Assembly: GCA_041690135.1 (NCBI GenBank) | Contig: JAWLHY010000001.1 | Coordinates: forward strand, 1,284,865-1,348,864 | Direction of reading: 5' to 3' | DNA: 64,000 nt | Source: Armatimonadota bacterium | Lineage (GTDB): Bacteria; Armatimonadota; SYMT01 | In this document: piece after piece, positions 26,503 to 36,251 of the stretch | Layout of the letters: every line of letters starts with the position of its first letter | Numbering within the stretch: position 1 is the stretch's first letter | Program-made: the position numbers and the translations under genes | Notes under the pieces: generated by a model | Told to the model about the DNA's origin: nothing | Database searches by the model: none | What the model saw: only the letters and a program-made list of their open reading frames with translations

Positions 26503-27888
26503 TTGTCTGAACAGAAGGCCAAGGCCGCCAATCCGTACGCTCGGCCCGCCGAAGCCGTCCAAGAGCCTCCGCGTGGCTTCGCCGGCACACTCCGGTTCCT
26601 CGGCCCCAGCTTCATCCTCATCGGCAGCATCGTCGGTTCCGGGGAATTGATCCTCACCACCACGTTTGGGGCGACGGTGGGGTTCTCTGCGCTCTGGTTC
26701 ATTATCCTGGCCTGTATCAGTAAAACCATCGTCCAGTCGGAGCTCGGACGCTACACCATCTCCTCCGGCGATACCTGTCTCGAAGCATTCAACCGCTTGC
26801 CGGGGCCTCGCTACCGGGTCTCCTGGTTCATCTGGATGTATATCCTCTGGCAGGTTCCGGGTCTCATCAACGGTGGCGCGATCCTGGGGAGTACGGGGCA
26901 GGTACTGTCGGTGGCGTTCCCCATCTTCGGCCAGCAGGTCTGGGCGCTGATTATCGCAGTCTTTAACGTGAGCATCCTGCTCTGGGGGCGTTACCGCTTC
27001 CTTGAGCGCACTTCGGTGACCATGGTCATGACCTTCAGCGTCATCACCGTGGCCGGGGCGATAGCCCTCCAGTTCACCGAGAACGCCGTACCATTGCCGA
27101 TGGTCCTCGATGGGCTGCGGATGCAGCTTGCACCGATCATGGCTCCCGCCGCCATTGCGATGACCGTTTCCGCCTTCGCCGGCACGGGGGTCGGAGGCGG
27201 CGAGTTGATGAGCTACACCTATTGGTGTGTGGAGAAGGGCTACGCCCGCTACGCCGGCGAGTCGGACGGTAGTGACGCCTGGGTGAAGCGGGCGCGCGGC
27301 TGGATACGCGTGATGCAGATTGATGTGTGGATGGCCACTGCGGTTTTCACCGCGGGTACGCTGGCCTTTTTCTGGTTGGGCGCGGGAATTCTGCATCCCC
27401 AGGGGAAGGTACCCAGCAATAACGAGCTGATCTCCACCATTCAGCAGATCTACATCCAGTCGCTGGGTCCCTGGGCTTCCGGGCTGTTCCTGCTCGGCAG
27501 CTTCTTTGTTCTGTATTCTACGATTTTCTCCGGCACCGCGGGCACCAGCCGCATGTATGCCGATGTGCTGGGTGTGCTGAAGATCGTGGACTTTAGCGAC
27601 TTCCAGGCGCGAATGAAGTGGATCCGGATCTTTACCGTGGCCGTGCCGACCATCCAGACGATCGTCTTTGCACTCAAGGCGGAACCGAAAACGATGCTGG
27701 TATTCAGCGCGATCGCTAACGGAATGTTGGTTCCGGTAATCGCCTTCAGCACGATCTGGCTACGTTATCGCCTCACGGATAAGCGCATCCGGCCGTCCCT
27801 GTTTAGCGATATCCTGCTCTGGATCTGTGCGTTCATCATCCTCGCCGTATCCGCGGTGTTTCTGAAACAGAAGGTCTTCGGAGGTTAG
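26503..27888 (+). CDS. Nramp-fold transporter, divergent (NRMT-like?)
   Basis: About 11 TM segments. TM1 LGPSFILIGSIVGSGELIL aligns to Nramp LGPxFxxxxAYxDPGN, but DPGN is replaced by GSGE and the TM6 MPH motif is absent. Confidence 0.75.
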   Translation: MSEQKAKAANPYARPAEAVQEPPRGFAGTLRFLGPSFILIGSIVGSGELILTTTFGATVGFSALWFIILACISKTIVQSELGRYTISSGDTCLEAFNRLPGPRYRVSWFIWMYILWQVPGLINGGAILGSTGQVLSVAFPIFGQQVWALIIAVFNVSILLWGRYRFLERTSVTMVMTFSVITVAGAIALQFTENAVPLPMVLDGLRMQLAPIMAPAAIAMTVSAFAGTGVGGGELMSYTYWCVEKGYARYAGESDGSDAWVKRARGWIRVMQIDVWMATAVFTAGTLAFFWLGAGILHPQGKVPSNNELISTIQQIYIQSLGPWASGLFLLGSFFVLYSTIFSGTAGTSRMYADVLGVLKIVDFSDFQARMKWIRIFTVAVPTIQTIVFALKAEPKTMLVFSAIANGMLVPVIAFSTIWLRYRLTDKRIRPSLFSDILLWICAFIILAVSAVFLKQKVFGG

Positions 27889-27894
27889 TCACCT

Positions 27895-28884
27895 GTGAGG
27901 TTCATCGTTTACGGCGCTGGCGGAATCGGTGCCGCTATGGGCGCCTTCCTGCACGAAAGTGGACAGGAGTCTGTGCTCATCGCGCGCGGAGAGCACCTCC
28001 GCCGTATTCAGGCGGAAGGCCTCACCCTCATCACGGGTGAGGGGCGGAGCGTGGTGCGCGTCCCGGCCGTGGGACATCCCGGCGAGCTGGAGCCGCGGCC
28101 GGACGATGTGGTGCTGCTCACGATGAAAGCGCAGGACACGGAACTGGCGCTCCGGGACCTCCGCGATACCGTGGGCGACCCGTGGAACACGCCGGTCTTC
28201 TGTGTCCAGAACTGCCTCGCCAACGAACGGATGGCGGCACGCTACTTCGCCCACGTGTACGGCGTGATGATCGTGATTCCCGGTGTCTACCTGGAGCCGG
28301 GAGTTGTCTTCAACCCCATCGCGGGGAATCACGGCTACATGGACGTGGGCTGCTATCCAAGTGGTATCGACTCGAGGGTGGAAATGTTCGTAGAGGCCGT
28401 CCGGCGGGCCGGGTACGCCGCCAACCCCCACCCCGACGTGTTGGGTCCCAAGGCCGCGAAGTTCCTGGGCAACCTGGAGAACGCCATGGGCGCCATCACG
28501 GACGGCCGGGGGGATTCGGGCCCCTACATGGCGGAGGCCCGGCGGGAAGCGATCGAGTGCCTCCGCGCGGCCGGTCACCCCCTGGAAGACCACGAGTCGT
28601 ACGCCGCTCGCCGCAAGGCCCACCGGGGCACCGACGTGGAGCTACCCGAAACGCGCGGCAACCGTGGGTCGAGCTGGCAGAGCCTCAAACGCGGCCAGGG
28701 AACCATCGAGGTGGATTTCCTCAATGGTGAGGTGGTGCTCCTCGGCCGTCTCCACGGCATTCCCACCCCCTTCAACGCCGTCCTCCAGCGCGTCGCCAAC
28801 TCCATGGCCCGCAACCGCCAGCAGCCCGGCCTCTACGCCGCCGAAGACCTCTGGCAAATGGCAACCGCCCAGGGAACCGCCTGA
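27895..28884 (+). CDS. panE: 2-dehydropantoate 2-reductase (ApbA/PanE family)
   Basis: MRFIVYGAGGIGAAMGAFL Rossmann N-terminus with an ApbA_C-like C-terminus. GGAGG RBS; GTG start. Confidence 0.8.
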   Translation: MRFIVYGAGGIGAAMGAFLHESGQESVLIARGEHLRRIQAEGLTLITGEGRSVVRVPAVGHPGELEPRPDDVVLLTMKAQDTELALRDLRDTVGDPWNTPVFCVQNCLANERMAARYFAHVYGVMIVIPGVYLEPGVVFNPIAGNHGYMDVGCYPSGIDSRVEMFVEAVRRAGYAANPHPDVLGPKAAKFLGNLENAMGAITDGRGDSGPYMAEARREAIECLRAAGHPLEDHESYAARRKAHRGTDVELPETRGNRGSSWQSLKRGQGTIEVDFLNGEVVLLGRLHGIPTPFNAVLQRVANSMARNRQQPGLYAAEDLWQMATAQGTA

Positions 28885-28926
28885 TCCGCGAATATCGCGA
28901 ATGAAGCGAATGGGAAGGGGTGGTTA

Positions 28927-29511
28927 GGTGTTCGGGCACCCCTGTGGGGCGTAAATGTTCGGGTGTTCGGGTGTTCAGGCTGTCAGGCAACGAAAACGGT
29001 AGTCATGGCGAGGAGCGATAGACCCGCAGCAACTTCCTCGTGCCTGATGAGTCTACCGCCGAAGCAACAGGCTTCCTGAACCATTACCCGTAAGCGACCC
29101 TATGCTCTGCCGGGCAGGCGTGGCCAGCCCCCTGGTCAGGGCACCCGTCATTGTTCGGAACTCTTTATCCTTATCCACCCCGCCCTCTGGTCAGGGCAGT
29201 CGTCCTTACCCGGGATCCTAATCCAAATCCTCGTCCTAATCCACCCCGCCCCCTGGTCAGGGCACCCGTCATTACTCGGGACTCTTTATCCTTATCTACT
29301 CGATTCTTATCCACTCGATCCTCATCCACCCCACCCCCTGGTCAGGGCAATTACTCTCGACTGGTAAGACAAAACGAAACGGTCCGCCACAGCACCAAGC
29401 TGCAGCGGACCGTACGTATTCTGGGTTGCAGACCAGGCATTCAGGACTTCCAGGCGAGCGTTTTCAGATCATAGCGCCTGAACACCTGAACACCCGACTA
29501 CCTGAACACCC
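28927..29511. repeat. Composite intergenic repeat element: inverted terminal GGTGTTCRGG triplets flanking about 4 tandem units starting CCCRCCCYCTGGTCAGGGCA, with TTATCC/TAATCC hexamer tracts
   Basis: Left end GGTGTTCGGG...GTTCGGGTGTTCGGGTGTTCAGG (28927-28979). Right end CCTGAACACCTGAACACCCGACTACCTGAACACCC (29477-29511), its reverse complement. CTGGTCAGGGCA copies near 29127, 29183, 29249 and 29334. Confidence 0.6.
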
Positions 29512-30120
29512 TTATCCCAGGTACCCCTTCTCTTCCAGGTACGCAATGATCACCGCCAGCGACTCTTCGACCGTCTGGGTCTCGGTGTTCACTACCACTT
29601 CCGGGTTCTCGGGGGCTTCGTAGGGGGCGGAGATGCCGGTGAACTCCTTGATCTGGCCGGCGCGCGCCTTGGCGTACAGGCCCTTCGTGTCACGCTTCTC
29701 GCACTCATCCACGGAAGCCTGCACGTAGACCTCGATGAAATCCCCTTCCTTCTGGCTGGCGCGGGCGCGGTCTCGGTCCTCGCGGTAAGGGGAGATGAAG
29801 GCGGTGGTGTTGATGATGCCGGCGTCCGTGAACAGGCGGGCCACCTCGCCGATGCGGCGGATGTTCTCGGTGCGGTCCTCCGGCGAGAAACCGAGGTCCT
29901 TGTTGAGGCCGTGGCGGATGTTGTCGCCGTCCAGCACGTACGAGCGGACCCCGCGCTGCCACAGGGCGTCATCAAGGGCGTTGGCGAGGGTCGACTTACC
30001 GGAGCCGGAGAGTCCGGTCATCCAGACGGTGCACCCGCGGTGCCCAAACTTCTTCTCGCGCTCATCGCGGCTCACCGTGTGGGCGTGCCACACGATGTTG
30101 GTCGACTTGGTTTCAGACAT
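29512..30120 (-). CDS. cysC: Adenylyl-sulfate kinase
   Basis: [10 protein letters not shown]-loop. Start at MSETK with a GGAAGGAAC RBS. The longer upstream ORF extension is rejected. Confidence 0.92.
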   Translation of the reverse strand: MSETKSTNIVWHAHTVSRDEREKKFGHRGCTVWMTGLSGSGKSTLANALDDALWQRGVRSYVLDGDNIRHGLNKDLGFSPEDRTENIRRIGEVARLFTDAGIINTTAFISPYREDRDRARASQKEGDFIEVYVQASVDECEKRDTKGLYAKARAGQIKEFTGISAPYEAPENPEVVVNTETQTVEESLAVIIAYLEEKGYLG

Positions 30121-30337
30121 TCTTCCGTGTTCCTTCCTGGTGGGAGACAACCCACCCACCTCCGGCTTCGCCAGGCGGGGAGCCCACGCGGCGGCAAGGG
30201 CGGGTGGTGAATTGAAAGCGGGTGGTGGAAACTGCAAATCGGAGGGGCGCCATGCACCCCAGGGGACGCCGTCCGGGTTTGGTGATCCGGCGCCCTGAAA
30301 GTATATCCCACCCTGTCCGGCGACAAGGTTGGGCAGT

Positions 30338-30394
30338 TCCTACTCCTAACTCTTACTCCTACTCTTACTTCTACTCTTACTCCTACTCCCACCA
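30338..30394. repeat. (Y)TACTC hexamer microsatellite
   Basis: cctactcctaactcttactcctactcttacttctactcttactcctactcc. Related tracts occur at 37055-37085. Confidence 0.5.
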
Positions 30395-30593
30395 CTGGGC
30401 TAGGAACCGCATACGGTCCTTCCGCCGTGTAACTATAAGAGCTGGCTCTCTCTGATTGGTTCTTTCTGGCTCTCCTGTCGGCCTGGTGGTTAATTCGGGT
30501 TTCGGATCTGCTGCGCTGTGTCTAGCGGTGCCCATCGGCCGATAGACTAAGAAGAAGAGGCCGGGAGAGATCCATCCGCCGCCACGTTTCATC

Positions 30594-32435
30594 ATGCGCT
30601 TTTCCAAGGACAAGAAGAGTTTCCGCATCACCGCTACCGCAGGTCGTCCCGCACGGGATGCCTCCGCACTGACCGCTGCCGCCGGCGGGCTCCTCGCCCT
30701 GCTGGCCACGATCCCCGCCGCGCCCGTGGCGGCCGCTCCGCCCGCGAAGCGCGCGCCACGCAAGGTGTCGCGACCGGCGAAGAAGGCCGCGCCGGCGCCC
30801 AAGCCGGTCCAGCCACGCCGGGTGCTGGATATCGAGAAACTGCGGGCCGTGGAGGTCGGCAGGTACCCCAATTCCGTACAGACCTGTGACGTGTTAGTGG
30901 TCGGAGGGAGCCTGGGGGGCGTGGCGGCCGCGGAAGCGCTGGCCAAAAAGGGCCATACGGTGATCCTGACGGAGCCGACCTCCATGCTGGGTGGCCAGTT
31001 GACTTCGCAGGCCGTGACCTGTCCGGATGAAAACGCCTACATCGAGCGGAACCCGGGGGTCGGGACCCGCGCTTATCGGCAGCTGCGCGAGCAGTTCCGA
31101 AGCAAGTATGCCGCCATGCCCGGGATCAAGCCGGGGCGCTCTAACAGCGTAGGCGCCTGTTGGGTCAGCCGCACCTCCGGTGAGCCCACGGTGTGGGAAC
31201 AGGTCATCCGGGAGCGCCTGCAGGCTGTTACGGGACCGGCTGGTATCCGCCAGATTTTGACGCGCAATCAGTTGATTCAGGTCAGCCGCCACCCGCACAA
31301 CGATCGCTACCATTATGCCGACTTCGTGAACCTGGACACCGGTCGCATCACCCGCGTAGTGGCCCATTATCTCCTCGACGCCACGGAGATGGGCGATGGG
31401 CTCGAGGCCGCGGAGATGCCCTGGCGCGTGGGAGCCGAGGCGCGCTCCGAATACAACGAGACGCACGCGCCGGAGAAGGCCCGGCAGGACTGGATTCAGA
31501 GCTTCACCTACTGCTTCAACGTCCGCTGGCAGCCCGAGGGTCCACACCGGATTGTGGAGAAGCCGGCCGAGTACGACTACTTCAAGTCGCTCGGCGAGTA
31601 CACGCTCGGGTACGACTACATCGATCGCGGCCGGATCTACTACAAGGTGTTCGGTCGGGTGCCGGGAGGCGGCGGTCCCTTCTGGAGCTATCGCCGGATC
31701 ATCGCCGCGTCCTCCTTTTCGGGCAATCCGAAGTACGCCCAGGACGTCGCCCTCATCAACTGGCGCGGCAACGATTTCCACGAGGAGAACCCGATCGGGA
31801 AGCCGCTGGATGAGCAGATCCGCATCCTGAAGCGCGCCAAGGCGTTCGCGCAGGGCTTCCTCTACTGGCTCCAGACGGAATGCCCGCGCGATGACGGCGG
31901 CTACGGCTACCCGGAGATGCAGCTCGCCCCCGACACGATGGGGAGCGCGGACGGTTTTGCGCTGCATCCCTACATCCGCGAGTCGCGCCGGCTGGTGGCG
32001 GAGTTCATGATGAACGAAAACCACCTCGCGCCCGACCCGAACAATCCGGACAAGAAGTGGGGTGAGGAATTCCCGGATACCGTGGGCATCGCGCTCTACT
32101 CGATGGACATCCACCCGTCCAAAGGAGAGCCGCCGTTCCTTAGCCGCGCCCTTCCCTACCACATCCCACTGGGGTCCTTCATTCCGAAGGAAGGCGCCGC
32201 CAACGTGCTGCCGGCCTCCAAGAACTTTGGGGCGACGCGGTTGGCCCTAAGCTCGGCTCGGATGCACCCGACCGAGTGGCTGGCCGGCGAAGTGGCGGGA
32301 GAACTGGCGGGTTTCTGCGTGCGGAAACAGGTGCAGCCAAGCCAGGTCCGGAACACGCCCGCCTTGCTGGCGGAGTTCCAGTCGCTGCTGCAAAGCGAGG
32401 GTCATCCCCTCCGGTGGCGGGACATCATCCAGTAA
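30594..32435 (+). CDS. FAD-dependent oxidoreductase with N-terminal signal/Ala-Pro-Lys-rich linker
   Basis: VLVVGGSLGGVAAAEALAKKGHTVILTE dinucleotide-binding motif after a low-complexity AAPPAKRAPRKVSRPAKKAAPAPKP region. Confidence 0.75.
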   Translation: MRFSKDKKSFRITATAGRPARDASALTAAAGGLLALLATIPAAPVAAAPPAKRAPRKVSRPAKKAAPAPKPVQPRRVLDIEKLRAVEVGRYPNSVQTCDVLVVGGSLGGVAAAEALAKKGHTVILTEPTSMLGGQLTSQAVTCPDENAYIERNPGVGTRAYRQLREQFRSKYAAMPGIKPGRSNSVGACWVSRTSGEPTVWEQVIRERLQAVTGPAGIRQILTRNQLIQVSRHPHNDRYHYADFVNLDTGRITRVVAHYLLDATEMGDGLEAAEMPWRVGAEARSEYNETHAPEKARQDWIQSFTYCFNVRWQPEGPHRIVEKPAEYDYFKSLGEYTLGYDYIDRGRIYYKVFGRVPGGGGPFWSYRRIIAASSFSGNPKYAQDVALINWRGNDFHEENPIGKPLDEQIRILKRAKAFAQGFLYWLQTECPRDDGGYGYPEMQLAPDTMGSADGFALHPYIRESRRLVAEFMMNENHLAPDPNNPDKKWGEEFPDTVGIALYSMDIHPSKGEPPFLSRALPYHIPLGSFIPKEGAANVLPASKNFGATRLALSSARMHPTEWLAGEVAGELAGFCVRKQVQPSQVRNTPALLAEFQSLLQSEGHPLRWRDIIQ

Positions 32436-33030
32436 CGGCGCGGCGGCGCGTGACGAGCCGTCTCAGAAAGACCAGGGTCAGCAGGCCCATAACGGTGTAG
32501 GCCACCGGGTCAACATACTGCTTGAAGCTCTCGTAGTTCTGGCCGAGTAGAAAGCCTGCATAGGTGAGCACCCAGGTCCAGAGGGCCGAGGCCAGGGTGG
32601 TGTAAAAGAGGAATACCGGAAGGCTTATCTCGCTGAGGCCGGCCGGGATGGAGATGCTGGAGCGGATACCGGGGGTGAGTCGGCACACGAAGATGACCAC
32701 CCCCCCGTACTGCTTGAGCCAGCCTCGCGCCCTCCGGACGTCGTCCCGCGAAACGGTCAGCCATTTGCCGTAGCGGTCCGCCCACGCTTCGATCCGCTCC
32801 GCCCCGGCGAGGCGGCCGAGGAAGTAGAGCGGCAGCGTCCCCACGACGGAAGCCAGCGTGCCGACCAGCACCACCATCCAGAAGGAGAGGTCACCGCGCG
32901 CCGCGGCAAACCCCGCGAACGGCATGATCGACTCCGAAGGCACCGGCGGGAAAAGGTTTTCCAGGATCAGCAGCACGGCGATGCCCGGATAACCGAATGC
33001 CGTGACGATCTCGATTACGTTCTCCGCCAT
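32425..33030 (-). CDS. DedA/VTT-domain membrane protein
   Basis: Typical DedA pattern (LENLFPPVPSE...F.GR..G.). Confidence 0.88.
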   Translation of the reverse strand: MAENVIEIVTAFGYPGIAVLLILENLFPPVPSESIMPFAGFAAARGDLSFWMVVLVGTLASVVGTLPLYFLGRLAGAERIEAWADRYGKWLTVSRDDVRRARGWLKQYGGVVIFVCRLTPGIRSSISIPAGLSEISLPVFLFYTTLASALWTWVLTYAGFLLGQNYESFKQYVDPVAYTVMGLLTLVFLRRLVTRRRAVTG

Positions 33031-33125
33031 CCGCCCCTCGCTCGCTCACCGTGGATACTTTCACGATTGGTCGCATTGTAGCGAGCGGAGCGCGTCACCC
33101 GCAAGGTCCCGAATGGGACTCTGGG

Positions 33126-34097
33126 TTAATAACGCCGGCACACGTTGAGCAACTGCTGGCGGATGGCCGGCTCACTCGGTGCGCCCCGGCTCAGCCAGAA
33201 AGTCAATAGCGCGCACTCATGGGCGTCGATGCGCTTGGGCACCACCGTGCGTCCCCCGGCGGCCCGGTAGGCCTGCAGCACCAGGTTGCGCCCGTTGAGG
33301 AGGCCGAAGAGCTTGCGATAGCCGCGGAACAGCACAGCGAAGTCGTAGGCCGGATCTCCGATGCGCGCGAACTCCCAGTCCACGACCGCCGGCTTGGCTT
33401 CGGCGGTATAGAGCGGGTGGATGATGTTCTGCGGCAGCGGATCTCCGTGGATCACACAGGGGGGCTGGTCGGGATCGCGAAGCATCAACTCCATGAATCT
33501 TACCGCGCGCTGGGCATCGCGGTCGCGCTCCAGGAACTTCTCCGGGATCCGGGAGAGCTCCGCGCGGAGATGGGCCTGGCGCGACTCGTAGCCGTGAAGG
33601 TGCTCGAACTGTTCGGCCGGTAGACGGTGAATGGCGGCCAGGCCGCGACCGATCAACTCGCACAGCTCCTCCGCCCGGGGCCGCAGGATCTTTTCATCCA
33701 GGGCCAGGCCCGGACAGGCGGTCATCAACAGGGCCGGCTGTCCGCCGAACTCGGGTGCCTCTTCCTCGAACAGTACGCAGCGCGGCGCGGAGAAATCGCC
33801 CAGTTGCCCTTCCAGGCGGCGGAGCGTTTCCGCCTCTTTGATCATAGACTGTTTGATCGAGGATCCGGGGTTGTCTCGATAGCACACGGCATCCCCAGGA
33901 AGCCGCAGCAGGTAGTACTGGTCGTTATCTAGCGCGTCGGTTTCCCGCACTCCCACCAGAAAGTTGTGGTGGTTGATCCCGGCAAACCGGGTGAAGCGCT
34001 CTTCGATTGTGAGCTGCGGACTGTTAGTGATCCGCCGCAGCCAGTTCTGCGCGCGCGCTCGGATCTGCCAGGCCTGCCAGTTATTGCCGACGTTCAT
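33126..34097 (-). CDS. Phosphotransferase (APH/choline-kinase-like) family protein
   Basis: VIHGDPLPQNIIH catalytic loop and VVDWEFARIGDPAYDF motif. Confidence 0.8.
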   Translation of the reverse strand: MNVGNNWQAWQIRARAQNWLRRITNSPQLTIEERFTRFAGINHHNFLVGVRETDALDNDQYYLLRLPGDAVCYRDNPGSSIKQSMIKEAETLRRLEGQLGDFSAPRCVLFEEEAPEFGGQPALLMTACPGLALDEKILRPRAEELCELIGRGLAAIHRLPAEQFEHLHGYESRQAHLRAELSRIPEKFLERDRDAQRAVRFMELMLRDPDQPPCVIHGDPLPQNIIHPLYTAEAKPAVVDWEFARIGDPAYDFAVLFRGYRKLFGLLNGRNLVLQAYRAAGGRTVVPKRIDAHECALLTFWLSRGAPSEPAIRQQLLNVCRRY

Positions 34098-34176
34098 GGA
34101 GCACTACCCTACACTGCCGCGTACGCGCGCGGACTGCTGTAACATTGCCCCTGCGAGGGCTATAATCCAGGTTGAG

Positions 34177-35100
34177 ATGCCGGAAGGAGACACACTCTAT
34201 CGAACCGCGGTCACTCTGCGGAAGGCGCTGCTGGGTCGCGAGGTGACGCGCTTTGAGACTTCCGTGGAAACGGTTGCGGTCGTCGATCGAAATACTCCCG
34301 TGGCGGGGCGCACGATCTCGGGAGTGGAGGCGCGAGGAAAGCACCTCCTGATCACGCTCGCCCCATCGGAAGGTGCCGCACACCCGCCGGTAGAGCAATC
34401 CTCGATCCCTATTCCTTCTGTCGGCATGCCGGACCTTCACCAACCGGGCGACCCCGTCCTGGTTTTGCACACCCACTTGCGCATGACGGGGTCGTGGCAC
34501 ATCTACCGACCCGGGGAGCGCTGGCAGAAGCCCGAGCGATACGCAAAGGTCGTCCTCTACACAGAGGCGTTCGTCGCGCCCTGCTTCAGCGCACCTGTCG
34601 TGGAGTTACTGACCGAGCGTCAGGCTAGTCGCCATCCGGACCTGGTGGAGCTCGGCCCCGATGCAATGACGGACGAATTCGATTCGGAGGAGGCGTTTGC
34701 GCGCCTGCGGCGCCACCCGGACGTCCCCATCGGCGTCGCCCTCATGAACCAGCGTTTGATGTCCGGCGTGGGCAACGTCTACAAGAGCGAGGTCCTCTTC
34801 ACCCAGCGCGTCTCTCCGTTTGCGCTGGTGCGCGACCTGGGAGATGCGACCCTGCGCGCGCTCATCGCCGAATCCAACCGCCTGCTTCGCCTCAACCGCG
34901 GAAGGACCGTCCGCCGCACCGTCTTCGGCTTGAGTGAGCACGACCGCCTTTGGGCCTATGGCCGCAGCGGACAACCCTGTCGGGTCTGCGGGGATACCAT
35001 TCGCATGCGCCGTCAGGGCACCGATGCCCGCTCCACCTACTTCTGCCCCCGCTGCCAGTCCGCTCCGGTCGCGAAGGAACAGGATGGACAGGATGAATAG
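34177..35100 (+). CDS. Formamidopyrimidine-DNA glycosylase / endonuclease VIII family (Fpg/Nei)
   Basis: Starts MPEGDTL (Pro2 nucleophile). C-terminal zinc finger CRVCG...YFCPRCQ. TATAAT at 34161-34166. Confidence 0.85.
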   Translation: MPEGDTLYRTAVTLRKALLGREVTRFETSVETVAVVDRNTPVAGRTISGVEARGKHLLITLAPSEGAAHPPVEQSSIPIPSVGMPDLHQPGDPVLVLHTHLRMTGSWHIYRPGERWQKPERYAKVVLYTEAFVAPCFSAPVVELLTERQASRHPDLVELGPDAMTDEFDSEEAFARLRRHPDVPIGVALMNQRLMSGVGNVYKSEVLFTQRVSPFALVRDLGDATLRALIAESNRLLRLNRGRTVRRTVFGLSEHDRLWAYGRSGQPCRVCGDTIRMRRQGTDARSTYFCPRCQSAPVAKEQDGQDE

Positions 35101-35121
35101 GATGAGGGTTCTTCCCGCACC

Positions 35122-35520
35122 TTAACCGTTTGCCACTGGCGCCAGCAGGTTTGCATCCCGTGCCAGCACCCACCGTCCATTCTCCTTCTTCATCACGGAC
35201 AGCGTGTGCCCGGCCCGCGTCATCGAAGCCGCACCGCCCGGCGGGGTCACTACCACTTTGAGCCGGGTCCACATGAATGCCCAGTCCCCCACCACCTGGA
35301 TTTCCTGAATCTCGCTGGTGCCCTCGAACTTCGGCCCGTCCGCGCCCGCGTGGGATCGCGCCGCCGCCTCGAAGTCGGCCTTCCGCATCACCGGCTGCCC
35401 CGGGACCAGGAAGACCACGTCTTCCGCCATCAGGGAAAGCACCGTTTCGATATCCCCCGCCTGGCTCGCTTCCATCCAGGTGGATACAAGCTGCCGGATC
35501 TCCGCCTCATCACGCTCCAT
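35122..35520 (-). CDS. SnoaL-like/NTF2-like (DUF4440-type) protein
   Basis: MERDEAEIRQLVSTWMEASQAGDIETVLSLMAEDVVF... matches the NTF2-like pattern. Confidence 0.65.
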   Translation of the reverse strand: MERDEAEIRQLVSTWMEASQAGDIETVLSLMAEDVVFLVPGQPVMRKADFEAAARSHAGADGPKFEGTSEIQEIQVVGDWAFMWTRLKVVVTPPGGAASMTRAGHTLSVMKKENGRWVLARDANLLAPVANG

Positions 35521-35796
35521 CCTCAGAACTCCTTTGTACTTCGTAAGTATCCCGCCGTTCCGTGGGAATACTGCCCGGCACATACCGTCCCTGCAACTCT
35601 TCTCGCTGGTTCGTACCCATCATGCATTTTAGTGTGGATTCGCCGATTGCATCGGCGCTTTGCGATGATGCAATCGGACCCCGGCCTGGTAGGCGGCAAT
35701 CTGGTCCTTATCCTAGGCTTCACCGTCTGTCGCTGTGATCTCATCACCTACACCTGCTCTGCCGTGAATTGGCCACGCCGGCAAGTGCCAGCCGCT

Positions 35797-36117
35797 TCAA
35801 GTAAGGTCTTCCAACTCGAACACAATCTCTCCCTCGGCCAGCCGCCGGAACTCTGCGTATTCGACCGCCCACCGCCGGGCCTCCGATGGGTAGGTTGTGG
35901 CCATGCTGAACATATGGACCTTTCGGTCGAGTTCCTTACGGATCCGTGCTGACAGCAGATCCACAGGCAGCCGTGAACATCGCGCACAGAGAAATCCCAG
36001 AATCCTGTCCCCGTGGCACACGGCCGGCGCCCTGCGGAACCCCTGTGTCTTTCCCTTACAGGCGAAGCACAGCGTGTTGAACCCGCAATGAGCGTAATGA
36101 CTTCGGATCGCCAGCAT
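35797..36117 (-). CDS. Hypothetical small Cys-rich protein
   Basis: AGAGGGAG RBS 8 nt upstream of the ATG. Multiple CxxC pairs (CGFNTLCFAC...CHGD...CARC). Weak evidence. Confidence 0.3.
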   Translation of the reverse strand: MLAIRSHYAHCGFNTLCFACKGKTQGFRRAPAVCHGDRILGFLCARCSRLPVDLLSARIRKELDRKVHMFSMATTYPSEARRWAVEYAEFRRLAEGEIVFELEDLT

Positions 36118-36251
36118 GGCAATTACTCCCTCTTTTGGCGCGTCTGTGCGAGAATGGGAGATGATCTGCCTGCCCCACCACCGGCACTTCGCGGCCCTAT
36201 CGGTTCCAGGTGGTCCGGATTTCGCATTACGCTACACGCAATACCAAAACG

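Noticed and set aside
29127-29350. Possible CRISPR array (four CTGGTCAGGGCA-containing repeats)
   Set aside because: Spacings are irregular (about 56, 66 and 85 bp), the inter-repeat segments are similar to each other, and there are no cas genes. It fits a tandem-repeat element better.
29151-29474. 107-aa ORF (PRPNPPRP...)
   Set aside because: A translation artefact of the tandem and hexamer repeats inside the composite element.
29512-30237. Long form of cysC (241 aa) starting MQFPPPAF
   Set aside because: The 39-aa N-terminal extension is low-complexity and overlaps the repeat element. The internal ATG at 30120 has a strong RBS and gives a canonical APS-kinase N-terminus.
30222-30455. 77-aa ORF containing SYSYSYFYSYSYS
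   Set aside because: An artefact of the TACTCY hexamer microsatellite.
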